From: Gammaproteobacteria bacterium
Lineage (GTDB): Bacteria; Pseudomonadota; Gammaproteobacteria; JAJFKG01
Assembly (NCBI GenBank): GCA_965116795.1
Contig: OZ220716.1
Location: 458,503-522,502, forward strand
Direction of reading: 5' to 3'
Length of the DNA: 64,000 bases
Each line of letters starts with the position of its first letter. Position 1 is the stretch's first letter. The translations under genes were made by a program, and so were the position numbers. The notes under the pieces were generated by a model. It was not told the origin of the DNA. It did not search any database and worked only from the letters and a program-made list of their open reading frames with translations. Below, in pieces: positions 11,794 through 21,860 of this stretch.

Positions 11794-13380
11794 CTATGTT
11801 AACAACTCCGGTTGTGCAGCTAAAATAGCGTCACTCACCGTAAACCGTTTAAAGTTTTCAATAAACTTATTGATCAACACATTGGCTGTGTCAACATACG
11901 CTGTTTGTGATTGCCAAGTACGACGTGGATCTAACAAGTTGGTGTCAACACCAGTTAATTGGGTTGGCATTTGCAAATTGAATCCTGGCAATGTAGTAAA
12001 GTCTGCTTTACGTAATTCACCTAATAAAATAGCGGTGATCACTGCACGAGTTGTTGGAATCGCAAAGCGTTTGCCATCACCATAAGCACCACCTGTCCAA
12101 CCGGTATTCACTAAATATACCTCACTATTAAACCCATTAACTCGCTTCATTAACAGTTCAGCATATTCAGCAGCAGGACGTGGGAAAAAAGGTGCACCAA
12201 AACACGTACTAAACGTAGAGCGAATCGCCGCTTCATCTTCATTACCCACTTCAGTACTACCAACCAACGCTGTATAGCCACTTAAGAAATGATACGCCGC
12301 TTGCTCTAAGGTTAAACGTGATACAGGTGGTAACACACCATATAAATCACATGTTAAAAAGATAACAGATTGCGGTTGTGCGCCACGATTGGTTAACACC
12401 CGTTTTTCGATAAAATCACGTGGATATGCCGCACGACTATTTGCTGACAAACTGTCATCGCTATAATCAGGTTGCTTGGTTTTCGCATCAAGGACAACAT
12501 TTTCCAGTACACTTCCAAAACGAATTGCATCCCAAATAATCGGTTCACGCTCTTGAGATAAGTCGATGCATTTAGCATAACAACCGCCTTCAAAATTAAA
12601 TACACCGTGTTCACCCCAACCGTGTTCATCATCACCAATCAACAACCGGTTCGGATCAGCTGATAGTGTGGTTTTCCCGGTACCGGATAACCCAAAAAAT
12701 AAGGCAACATTACCGTCTTTACCTTGGTTAGCTGAACAATGCATCGGTAAAATGTCATGTTGTGGCAACATGAAGTTTAATACAGTAAACATCGCTTTTT
12801 TCATTTCACCCGCATAATAGGTACCCGTCACTAATACACGACGCTGACTAAAATTTAAAATGACGGCGGCATCACCATTCACACCATGACGAGCAGGATC
12901 CGGAGTAAACCCAGGGGCACTTAGAATTTGCCAACGCGGTTGCTTAAATTTCACATCTTTTTCAGGGTGAATAAATAAATTATTAACAAATAAATTTTGC
13001 CACGCTAATTGGTTATACACAGTTACCGGTATCGCATGTTGTAAATCGGCACCGACTTGTAAATCAGCAACAAATACATCACGTTGTTGCAAAAAGGCTT
13101 TGGCTTCATTCCACAACACAGTAAACGCATCACTGGTTATCGGTTGATTGACTGCCCCCCAATCAACACTGGTTTCCGTGATCTCATCTTTGACAATAAA
13201 CCTGTCTTTTGGTGAACGCCCAGTACGTTTACCAGTATTGACGGTTAACGCACGGTTTGCAGCTAATTCACCTTCATTACGCGCTAAGGCATGTTCAATC
13301 AGTTCAGCAGGGGTTAAGTTACGATACAATTGCCCAGTTGTTGTGGCTAACTCGTTATCGATATCAATCGTACTACTCAT
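11794..13380 (-). CDS. pckA: Phosphoenolpyruvate carboxykinase (ATP)
   Basis: [44 protein letters not shown]. Confidence 0.97.
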   Translation of the reverse strand: MSSTIDIDNELATTTGQLYRNLTPAELIEHALARNEGELAANRALTVNTGKRTGRSPKDRFIVKDEITETSVDWGAVNQPITSDAFTVLWNEAKAFLQQRDVFVADLQVGADLQHAIPVTVYNQLAWQNLFVNNLFIHPEKDVKFKQPRWQILSAPGFTPDPARHGVNGDAAVILNFSQRRVLVTGTYYAGEMKKAMFTVLNFMLPQHDILPMHCSANQGKDGNVALFFGLSGTGKTTLSADPNRLLIGDDEHGWGEHGVFNFEGGCYAKCIDLSQEREPIIWDAIRFGSVLENVVLDAKTKQPDYSDDSLSANSRAAYPRDFIEKRVLTNRGAQPQSVIFLTCDLYGVLPPVSRLTLEQAAYHFLSGYTALVGSTEVGNEDEAAIRSTFSTCFGAPFFPRPAAEYAELLMKRVNGFNSEVYLVNTGWTGGAYGDGKRFAIPTTRAVITAILLGELRKADFTTLPGFNLQMPTQLTGVDTNLLDPRRTWQSQTAYVDTANVLINKFIENFKRFTVSDAILAAQPELLT

Positions 13381-13624
13381 ACGTTAAGTCCTCTTCACCC
13401 GTCTTTGGTTATGCATTGATATTGACCAATAATTGGCCTCTCGCTAGTTTGCTGGCCATTATGACAAGAAATGCTGATGGTTGCGAGCGTGATGATGACT
13501 GACCTGTTTTGGTATAAATTTCATCAAGTTGTTCAAGTCGTTAAGGATGCACTGATACAGATAATATGGCACTATCAAAAGAGTTATAGACATAGTAAAT
13601 CGTTGCTACCACAGGAAATAACCA

Positions 13625-14059
13625 ATGTCACCATCACCCTATTTCAACGATATGCTGAACGCTGCACACGCTACACTACAACATGCTTATGCACCGTATT
13701 CACATTTATTAGTGGGCACCTGTTTTCGTGCTGAAGATAATACCTTGTATAGCGGTTGCAATGTTGAAAATGCATCATATGGATTAACATTGTGTGCCGA
13801 GAATGTTGCATTAGGTAAACTCATCAGTACTGGTAAACGGCGTATTGTCGAAGTCGTATTGGTTAGCTCTGGCAACACAGTTTGTCCACCCTGTGGGCGT
13901 TGTCGTCAATTGATCCGTGAATTTGCTGACGATGATGTTAACATTCATCTAGTCACAGGTGATATGGATTCACCAACGATTATAACTTACACCATTAACA
14001 CATTACTGCCTGCTGCATTTGGTCCAGCACAGCTAGTCACAAAACAAGGTAATACATAA
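13625..14059 (+). CDS. cdd: Cytidine deaminase (tetrameric type)
   Basis: AYAPYS, GCNVENASYGLTLCAE, PCGRCRQ, LLPAAF. Confidence 0.93.
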   Translation: MSPSPYFNDMLNAAHATLQHAYAPYSHLLVGTCFRAEDNTLYSGCNVENASYGLTLCAENVALGKLISTGKRRIVEVVLVSSGNTVCPPCGRCRQLIREFADDDVNIHLVTGDMDSPTIITYTINTLLPAAFGPAQLVTKQGNT

Positions 14060-14060
14060 T

Positions 14061-14891
14061 ATGCAACACGTAGAAACCCACCCACAACATGCTGTTGATG
14101 TCATTCGTGCAGCAGGTTATCACGCTACACCGCAAATCGGTTTAATCACGGGCTCTGGTTTAAATAAGTTAGCCGACTGCATCAATAACAAATTGGTGGT
14201 GTCATATGCTGATTTACCTGGCTTCAGTCAAAGCAGCGTACAAGGGCACGGTAGTCAATTAGTACTAGGCGACATTGCTGGTGTACCCGTTGCATGTTTA
14301 CAAGGACGCGTTCATGTTTACGAAGGCATGCCTTTCTCAGCAATGAAACAAATGATACGTACATTAAAATTATTAGGTTGTCACAGTGTCGTATTAACTA
14401 ATGCAGCGGGTTCATTACGTAAAAAAGTAAAGCCGGGTGAGCTGATGTTGATCACTGATCATATTAATATGCAACCGGGTAATCCATTAATTGGTGCTAA
14501 TGACGATGAATTTGGGCCACGCTTTTTTTCAATGGATACTGCTTATGATCTCGAACATCGCAATTACTTATTACACGCTGCTAAACACTTAAAAATCCGT
14601 TTAGCACAAGGGGTATACCTTGCAACAAGCGGTCCTGGGTTTGAAACACCTGCTGAAATTCATGGGTTTCGTACGATGGGGGCCGATGCTGTTGGGATGT
14701 CAACCGTACCTGAAGTACTCATTGCACGTCATTGCGGTTTGAGAGTCGCTGCTATTTCAACCATTACTAACTTTGCTGCAGGAATGAGTAATGAATTGTT
14801 AACCCATGATGGTACATTGCATTTTGCCAGTATCGGGGTCGAAAAATTACTGTCTTTACTTGTTCAATTCATTGGAATGCACGCTACATGA
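14061..14891 (+). CDS. xapA: Purine nucleoside phosphorylase, trimeric PunA/XapA type
   Basis: GSGL, VQGH, QGRVHVYEG, TNAAGSL, GPGFETPAE, GADAVGMSTVPE. Confidence 0.88.
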   Translation: MQHVETHPQHAVDVIRAAGYHATPQIGLITGSGLNKLADCINNKLVVSYADLPGFSQSSVQGHGSQLVLGDIAGVPVACLQGRVHVYEGMPFSAMKQMIRTLKLLGCHSVVLTNAAGSLRKKVKPGELMLITDHINMQPGNPLIGANDDEFGPRFFSMDTAYDLEHRNYLLHAAKHLKIRLAQGVYLATSGPGFETPAEIHGFRTMGADAVGMSTVPEVLIARHCGLRVAAISTITNFAAGMSNELLTHDGTLHFASIGVEKLLSLLVQFIGMHAT

Positions 14892-15631
14892 ATCGACATA
14901 AACAAATTGCCAGACAAGTATTACCGTTAATCGATTTAACCAGTTTAAACGATACGGATACTGAAGAAGATATTATTGCATTATGTAATAAAGCATCTGG
15001 AAAGCAAGGGCATGTGGCTGCTGTGTGTATTTACCCACAATTTGTCAAAACTGCAATTCGTTGTTTACGCCTCACCGGCATACCGGTAGCAACCGTGGTT
15101 AATTTTCCCAATGGCAATGATCCGATAGACACTACTTGCCAACACATTCAGCAAGCTATCCGTAATGGCGCCACTGAAATTGACGTGGTTATGCCATATC
15201 ATCGCTATCTAGCCAATCATGTTGATGACGTGCGCGAATTTATTCGTACGTGTAAAATAACGTGTGGTAAGCAAACGATATTAAAAGTCATTTTAGAAAC
15301 CGGTGCGTTACTGGATCCCAGTTTAATTGAACGTGCCGCACTGGATGTGATCGATGCAGGCGCTGATTTTATCAAGACATCTACTGGCAAAATCAGCATC
15401 GGTGCAACCGTTTCTGCAACTCAAGCAATGTGTCAAGCCATTCAAAAAACACATCAACACAGTGGACGTAACATTGGTTTTAAAGCATCTGGTGGTATTC
15501 GTTTTCTTGCACAAACGCTACCATTTTTGGCGACTATTGAAGAAATATTAGGTGAACAATGGCTGCATCCTAATACGTGTCGTTTCGGGGCAAGTTCACT
15601 GCTCGATGATGTGCTAGCACAGTTGCGCTAA
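14888..15631 (+). CDS. deoC: Deoxyribose-phosphate aldolase
   Basis: IDLTSL, ATVVNFP, LKVILETG, ADFIKTSTGK, GFKASGGIR, RFGASSLL. Confidence 0.95.
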   Translation: MNRHKQIARQVLPLIDLTSLNDTDTEEDIIALCNKASGKQGHVAAVCIYPQFVKTAIRCLRLTGIPVATVVNFPNGNDPIDTTCQHIQQAIRNGATEIDVVMPYHRYLANHVDDVREFIRTCKITCGKQTILKVILETGALLDPSLIERAALDVIDAGADFIKTSTGKISIGATVSATQAMCQAIQKTHQHSGRNIGFKASGGIRFLAQTLPFLATIEEILGEQWLHPNTCRFGASSLLDDVLAQLR

Positions 15632-16521
15632 TGCTGACTCAATTGATCCAGCGTTAACGTAATCAGCCGTTCCATAGATGTTGCCGTATTACGACTAAAT
15701 TCACCGGTGACTCGATTAGCCACGACTGTTGATAATGACAAACAACGATGGCTTAATGCGTTGCCTAAACCATACAAAGCGGCTGTTTCCATTTCAAAGT
15801 TCACGATTCTTTCAACAGAGTCACCTCGATTAACGCAAAACTGCTGGATTAACTCTAAAAAGTCAGTCATTTGCGGTTTTAAACGAATGTGTCTGCCTTG
15901 GGGACCATAAAATCCTGCGCACGTTGCTGTTAACCCAACATGGCAATGGTTAGCAAATAGATTAACTAATTCCGGATCAGCATCACAAGCATACGGTAAT
16001 AATCGTTGATTAGCGTACTGCTGACAATGCTGACTAATGGCATCGGCAAGGCGCTGTTCAGGTTCTGTGTAAGTGACATCATAATAATGCAGTAATCCAT
16101 CAAAACCAATACCGCCACTGGATGCAACAATATCATCGGTAGCGATATCTGCTTGCAAACCACCGCACGTGCCAACACGTACTAATACTAATGGAGTTAA
16201 CGTTGATTTGATGCTCCGTTTACCAACATCAACATTAAATAAGGCATCGATTTCATTGACGACAATATCGATATTATCAGTGCCAATGCCTGTTGATATC
16301 ACTGATAATCGCTGTCCTTTATAGTAACCAGTATGGGTAATGAATTCACGCTTTTGTCGAGTCAGTTCGATACGATCAAACTGACGCGATACTTGAGCAA
16401 CTCGATCTGGATCACCGACCAGTATAATACGCTCAGCTAATTCACCCGGACAGAGCGCTAGATGATAAATACTACCATCTTGATTAATGATTAACTCGGC
16501 ATTGGTTAACTTATCATTCAT
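15628..16521 (-). CDS. Nucleoside (uridine) phosphorylase-like protein
   Basis: ELIINQDGSIYHL, VGDPDRV, STGIGTDNIDIVVNE, GFYGPQGR, NFEMET; start moved to ATG 16521 after an AGAGGG RBS. Confidence 0.85.
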   Translation of the reverse strand: MNDKLTNAELIINQDGSIYHLALCPGELAERIILVGDPDRVAQVSRQFDRIELTRQKREFITHTGYYKGQRLSVISTGIGTDNIDIVVNEIDALFNVDVGKRSIKSTLTPLVLVRVGTCGGLQADIATDDIVASSGGIGFDGLLHYYDVTYTEPEQRLADAISQHCQQYANQRLLPYACDADPELVNLFANHCHVGLTATCAGFYGPQGRHIRLKPQMTDFLELIQQFCVNRGDSVERIVNFEMETAALYGLGNALSHRCLSLSTVVANRVTGEFSRNTATSMERLITLTLDQLSQH

Positions 16522-16575
16522 TATTGCCCTCTTTAATATTGCATACACAAGGATTATACAGATAATATTGACTAT

Positions 16576-17367
16576 ATGAAGATAGATGAAATCCACAAAC
16601 ACTGTATTGTCTGTTATGATGATCAAACCCAGCAAACACTTGCTAGCAAGTTGGCTGCGACACTCATGTTAGCGTGTGATAGTTACCATCATTCATCACA
16701 TCAACACTATGCCTACGTATTATATTACAAAGCACAGCAACTGTTTTTATTATGTCAACAACAACCTGCTTTCAAACCATTTACTGTTGATTTTACCCAA
16801 GGACAATTAGCTTATCGATTACGCCAAGAAACCAGTATACGTCAACCAATAGCACGAGCCATTGGTATTAAACCAAAGATACGCCCAACTGTACTCGATA
16901 TCAGTGCGGGATTTGGTCAAGATGCTAGCATCTTAGCTAATTTAGGCTGCACAGTAATATTGTTAGAGCGTCACCCTATTGTATGGGCATTGTTACATGA
17001 TGGTTTGACTCGAGCAAAGAATGCTGGATGTCTATGGGCAACACACATCACTCTGCATCGACAAGCAGCACAATTGTATTGTGATCAAATAATCATGTCT
17101 AATCGATTGTACCCTGATGTTATTTATTATGATCCGATGTTTCCACCAACCAATAATACGGCTAATGTACAAAAGCCAATGCAAATTTTACAAGCGTTAG
17201 TTGAACACGAAGACACTGATATTAGATTATTTAATACCGCTAAGCAGCTTGCTGCAAAACGACTGGTGGTAAAGCGACCTAATTACGCAGTACCGTTATT
17301 TGATATGACGCCATCGCTACAAATTAAAATGGTTAAACACCGTTTTGATGTGTATTTATGTACTTAA
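16576..17367 (+). CDS. rsmJ: 16S rRNA m2G1516 methyltransferase (RsmJ/YhiQ family)
   Basis: VDF, VLDISAGFGQDA, ERHP, YYDPMFP, KRLVVKRP, RFDVY. Confidence 0.85.
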   Translation: MKIDEIHKHCIVCYDDQTQQTLASKLAATLMLACDSYHHSSHQHYAYVLYYKAQQLFLLCQQQPAFKPFTVDFTQGQLAYRLRQETSIRQPIARAIGIKPKIRPTVLDISAGFGQDASILANLGCTVILLERHPIVWALLHDGLTRAKNAGCLWATHITLHRQAAQLYCDQIIMSNRLYPDVIYYDPMFPPTNNTANVQKPMQILQALVEHEDTDIRLFNTAKQLAAKRLVVKRPNYAVPLFDMTPSLQIKMVKHRFDVYLCT

Positions 17368-17381
17368 AAATAAAGCATAAG

Positions 17382-18008
17382 TTACTGACTTTGTGTTAAC
17401 ACAAAACGTCGATAATAATCTAAATCCGTTGCATGTTTACCAAACCCAATAATCGTCACATTATTTTTTGCTCGTTCAAGTGTGGTATGTTGACTAGCAA
17501 GTGGATAATGACTGCCTAATGCTAAAACTAAAACAGGTATCTTTTCTAGTCTACGCTGCTTTTGTAAGTATTTAGCAACCGCATTTGCTTGATGACTCGT
17601 TACCGTAAATTGTGTGTTCGTAAAACCAATATCTGCCATATGGCCAATTACTGTAATTTGTTTTGCATTGCAAGCTAATGTAGCAACTGTAGTTAATATA
17701 GCCTTTGCACTTGCAACGAATTCAGCAGTAGTAGGCTTAAATAAATAATGATTAGGAATAATGATTATTTTACTGTCATCAGACTCAATGACACTAATAC
17801 CACGCTTGGCAAGCAACTGGTTTATCTGATTACGATTACTAATAGAGGTTGGAATAGTACATTGATCACTATTACACGTTGCCGGTGGCGCTAATGCTAC
17901 TGGTGTTGCGCCATCAGTTACCTGAGCCTGTTCAGACACACAACCTAATACTAGTGATACAAGCCCTAATATACACAAGCGAGTTATCATTCTATTGGTA
18001 ATAAACAT
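17382..18008 (-). CDS. OmpA-family lipoprotein, IcmN/DotK-like
   Basis: Lipobox LVLG-C; OmpA C-terminal-like pattern IIIP...F...ITVIGH..D...QANAVAKYL...G...PLAS...RAKN. Confidence 0.65.
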   Translation of the reverse strand: MFITNRMITRLCILGLVSLVLGCVSEQAQVTDGATPVALAPPATCNSDQCTIPTSISNRNQINQLLAKRGISVIESDDSKIIIIPNHYLFKPTTAEFVASAKAILTTVATLACNAKQITVIGHMADIGFTNTQFTVTSHQANAVAKYLQKQRRLEKIPVLVLALGSHYPLASQHTTLERAKNNVTIIGFGKHATDLDYYRRFVLTQSQ

Positions 18009-18046
18009 ACAATCATTAACCTAAATTCAAAATGTGAACAGCATAA

Positions 18047-18568
18047 TTAAAATTTCATATCGCTTATTAATCTACTAACATATAAATCACGTTCGCCACT
18101 TTGCGGTACCGTTAATATATCTAAATAACTCTGCAAACTATCCATAGCACCATTGCGTTTTTCATTCTCAGTTATATCAGACTGACTCGGATAGAAAATA
18201 TGATCGGCTAATAATCGTTGCTCTTCCTTTTCTGCATGGATTTCATCTTGTAATATCGCTTTGATTAAGCCTTGATAACCTGCCTGGTTTGTCTTGCGAG
18301 GAAAGATTTCACGTAATTGTCGTAATAATGTTGTGATATTAGTATGCCAGGTAAATAGTAATTCATTAGCTTTCAATAATTCCCAGCGAGTTAATTTACC
18401 TTGGCCACTGTAAGCAAACCAACAACAAAAAAGAATAATGTTAATGTTAACACTGTATTTTTCTTGCAGTGCAAGTAATTGTGTTTTTATATCTGCGCGT
18501 CGATATATTGTCAGAGAATATTTGCAAAACGCAGTAGCACGTTTACTAAGCTCCATTGATGCTGGCAT
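18047..18568 (-). CDS. TIGR02444/DUF2390 family protein
   Basis: F.KYSL.IY...LL.LQ.KY.VNINI.LFCCW...LR.LR...EI.AEK.EQ.LL pattern; start after an AGGAGA RBS. Confidence 0.7.
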   Translation of the reverse strand: MPASMELSKRATAFCKYSLTIYRRADIKTQLLALQEKYSVNINIILFCCWFAYSGQGKLTRWELLKANELLFTWHTNITTLLRQLREIFPRKTNQAGYQGLIKAILQDEIHAEKEEQRLLADHIFYPSQSDITENEKRNGAMDSLQSYLDILTVPQSGERDLYVSRLISDMKF

Positions 18569-18658
18569 TATTTTATCTCCTGTGTGATCTATGATCAGTT
18601 CCGACAACACTACAAATATGCATGATTACACTTGATTTAGCAAGTTGTTAAAAGAGAC

Positions 18659-18829
18659 CGTTATTCTGGAGAGTATGCAACGTAGGCAAGCCCAGAATTT
18701 AGCCTCTCTGTTTTTTCAAGTATCATGAAAACTGGATTCTGGATCCTTGACTACTCAAGGACAAGCTCGCATCCCTGGATAATCTCCGATTTCCAGGGCA
18801 AGGTTTTATACATGCTCTCCAGAATGACG
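18659..18829. repeat. CGTC-type palindromic element carrying two nested hairpin+CAAG modules
   Basis: Imperfect terminal IR CGTTATTCTGGAGAGTATG / CATGCTCTCCAGAATGACG; inner hairpins at 18744-18765 and 18772-18802. Confidence 0.7.
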
Positions 18830-18904
18830 AATGCGTGGAAATAATAAAACTTGAGGAACAAGTTAACTTTACGTATCTGAGCCTCGGTAATTACACTATA
18901 TTAT

Positions 18905-20806
18905 TTATAAATAATCTTGGCGTAGATTTTTTAATACATTTGTAATTACATCATGCCATTGGTTAGGTACAGTTTGTCGAAATAAACAAATACTGGGATA
19001 CCATAACGGCACATCACTATCATTTAACCAATACCACTTGGCAGCAAATGGCAAGATTAAATAAACCGGTTTATTCAATGCACCTGCAATATGTGCAACT
19101 GTATTATCTGCAGTCATTACAACATCCATTTTTTGAATCACAGCACACAGTATTTCAATATCACGGGTACCAATATCATGTAGCCCAAGCTTCTCTCCCA
19201 CTTGATACTGTTTTTGATTTTGATAAGGCGTAATATTAAACATTGCCCCTTGTTCAACATGTTTTGCAATGGTTGCAAACACTGAAAATGGTACATCTTG
19301 TGCAGGATTGGGTAACGCAGCACGTTCCCAAGATAGTCCTATTTTATATTTCTGTGATGGATACCGCTGCAACATGTTTTCCCAAGTATGCAATTGATCT
19401 GGATTAACAGGCAAATAAGGAAATTGATCTGGAATCGTATCAACCGTTGTATCAAATACTGTTGGTAATGTACTCAACGCTACTTGCAAATCGATTGGCA
19501 TTATTTTAGTAAGATCGGTACTAAGCAACCAAACCTTTTCCACTTCCTCCATTTTTTCTAGTAATGGTAGTAACCTAACTGGAGACGTTACTACAATCCG
19601 TCTTCCATATTGGGTTAATAGTGGAATATAACGTAACAATAAAATAGCTTCTTCGATTTCAGTATCAACATATACTAATAGTACTTTCCCAGGGAAAACC
19701 CCACCTTGCCAACGAGGATAATCATAATCGATAGCAGCATTATGTCGCTGATACTCACTGCGTTGTTGCCAACCGGTTTGATACTCACCAATACTCAGTA
19801 ATGCATCACTTAGTACATTTGAAACAACAAGATGACTCGTTGACAATTGTAGTGCGCGCTGATAACTCTTCACTGCTTTTTGAGGATGATTTTGTAATAA
19901 CAAATTGCCAGCAAAATGTACATAAAAATCTGCTTGCGTATTATCTAATGTTAATGCTTGTCGCATTGCCACATTACCACTACCAAAACAATAACGGTAT
20001 TGCAATGCAACCGACAAATTTGCATAGGCTAATGCATTTTCTTCATCAAACTCAATGGCTTTTTCAAAACTGTGTTGTGCCAATTTAAATTGGCGTTGAT
20101 TTAGCGCATTAATACCATAATAAGTATATACAGTTGATGAATTGCTATTAATAGCTAATGCACGTTTTAAATAATTATCTGCTTCGTGGTAATGATACAA
20201 ATACGTATGTGCCTGCCCAAGATTGACGATAGCTTCATAATAAGTCACATCAAATTGTAATGCATGATTAAATTGAGAAATAGCTTCTTGATATTGCTGA
20301 CGACTCAAATAAATACAACCTAATAAATTATACGCAGGTGCCAATGTTGGGTACGCATGGATCCAATTGACTGTACTCTTTTGCGCTAAATCCAATTCAT
20401 TCTGCTGGTAATAACTTAAGCTTAAATACGCTAACGATTCAGCATGCTTTGGTTCAATGGTTAATGCATTTTGATAGTAAGTAATCGCATCATCAAGTTC
20501 ACCTAACTGATGATAACATCTTGCTAATTGAAAAAAACTCTCACAAGCAGTAGGTGTTAATCGACACGCTTCTAATAAATAATCTTTTGCCTGAATAAAC
20601 TGATTGTGTTGTAAGAAAGCCAAGCCAATATTGTAATATCCTTCACCCAAATCGGCTGCTTGTGTAACTATTCGTAATAAATCATCTTCAGTAATATTGA
20701 TATTTTCAGATTGAACAACTTGCAATGCCTGAGCAAACAGCACTTGTTGCTGTTGCGATAGGGATGAAGTGTTATGTGCAGTTGTTTCGGATGCCGTCTG
20801 TTCCAT
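18905..20806 (-). CDS. TPR-repeat protein with C-terminal GT-B (GT9-like) glycosyltransferase domain
   Basis: About 8-9 TPR-like repeats, then PRWQG, PYL, KIGLSW, DVVMTADNTVAHIAGAL, WYPS..LFRQ. Confidence 0.8.
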   Translation of the reverse strand: MEQTASETTAHNTSSLSQQQQVLFAQALQVVQSENINITEDDLLRIVTQAADLGEGYYNIGLAFLQHNQFIQAKDYLLEACRLTPTACESFFQLARCYHQLGELDDAITYYQNALTIEPKHAESLAYLSLSYYQQNELDLAQKSTVNWIHAYPTLAPAYNLLGCIYLSRQQYQEAISQFNHALQFDVTYYEAIVNLGQAHTYLYHYHEADNYLKRALAINSNSSTVYTYYGINALNQRQFKLAQHSFEKAIEFDEENALAYANLSVALQYRYCFGSGNVAMRQALTLDNTQADFYVHFAGNLLLQNHPQKAVKSYQRALQLSTSHLVVSNVLSDALLSIGEYQTGWQQRSEYQRHNAAIDYDYPRWQGGVFPGKVLLVYVDTEIEEAILLLRYIPLLTQYGRRIVVTSPVRLLPLLEKMEEVEKVWLLSTDLTKIMPIDLQVALSTLPTVFDTTVDTIPDQFPYLPVNPDQLHTWENMLQRYPSQKYKIGLSWERAALPNPAQDVPFSVFATIAKHVEQGAMFNITPYQNQKQYQVGEKLGLHDIGTRDIEILCAVIQKMDVVMTADNTVAHIAGALNKPVYLILPFAAKWYWLNDSDVPLWYPSICLFRQTVPNQWHDVITNVLKNLRQDYL

Positions 20807-20822
20807 AGCAATACAGTACCAA

Positions 20823-21689
20823 CTAAGGGGTTAAATCTCGTAAGCACTCTGGAACAGCCAATGCACCAGCATGAATCGCTGCATTATAATAGCGTGTTGC
20901 AAATGATTTACGTTCTATGTCTTTCTGGCGAAATGTTGGCAAATTAGTATGTTTGCTTGCCATTGTCGCTGACCACCAACCTGAAGGATAACACGGTTGT
21001 GGGAATTGTAATGTGTGTAACGATTTAAACTGTGCAGCATGCATATTAGCACGCATCTTTTGTATTAATGGTTTATGATACAAAGGCGATTCGCTTTGCT
21101 GAATTAACATTCCATCTTCAGTTAACACATTAAAGCAATCTTGATAAAACCGCTGAGTGAATAATCCTTCTCCCGGTCCAATTGGATCAGTTGAATCTAC
21201 AATAATCACATCTACACTATTGGGTTGTTCAATTGCTCTGTGTTGCATCCATTTGATCCCATCAATAAAAGATAACGTTGCTCTGGGATCAGTATTTGAT
21301 GCACATAATTCTGGGAAATACTGTTCAGCGAGTCGAGTAACTTGCTCGTCAATATCAATTAAATGTGCCGATTGCACAACATCATGTTTTAATACTTCGT
21401 GCAATGTACCACAATCTCCACCCCCGATAATCACAACTTGTTGCGGTGCAGGATGGGTAAACAATGGCATATGGGCTAACATTTCGTGATATAAAAAATT
21501 ATCCCAACTGGTTAACATGGTACAGTCATCTATTACCATTAAATAACCAAAATGCGTTGTTTCATAAATAGCAATGGTTTGGTAGGGCGTTACCTCTTCA
21601 TGCACTTTTGCTTTAATTGCAAATGACAGTGCCGTACCTGCTTCAGTGCACGATTCAGTAAACCACTGTTGCTCCGTTAACGCTGTCAT
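20823..21689 (-). CDS. speE: Spermidine synthase
   Basis: WFTE, TPYQ, FLYHEM, IIGGGDCG, DID, IIVDSTDP, YPSGWWS. Confidence 0.95.
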   Translation of the reverse strand: MTALTEQQWFTESCTEAGTALSFAIKAKVHEEVTPYQTIAIYETTHFGYLMVIDDCTMLTSWDNFLYHEMLAHMPLFTHPAPQQVVIIGGGDCGTLHEVLKHDVVQSAHLIDIDEQVTRLAEQYFPELCASNTDPRATLSFIDGIKWMQHRAIEQPNSVDVIIVDSTDPIGPGEGLFTQRFYQDCFNVLTEDGMLIQQSESPLYHKPLIQKMRANMHAAQFKSLHTLQFPQPCYPSGWWSATMASKHTNLPTFRQKDIERKSFATRYYNAAIHAGALAVPECLRDLTP

Positions 21690-21860
21690 GCATTTATCTC
21701 CTGTTAATACCGTAAAGCACGCTTGTTACGTTTTACTGGTCAATAAGGTTGCGGATTTTATCACTAATCCTAATGTAAATATACCTGCTAACACAGCCCA
21801 TATTGGAGAAAATAATTACAATATCTGTCGGTTGAATAAAAACAAAGGGAAGAGAATTGG

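Noticed and set aside
21726-21860. Hydrophobic reading frame continuing after the rfbB stop (LFSPIWAVLAGIFTLGLVIK)
   Set aside because: No start codon, an internal stop, and too short to assign; may be chance in AT-rich DNA
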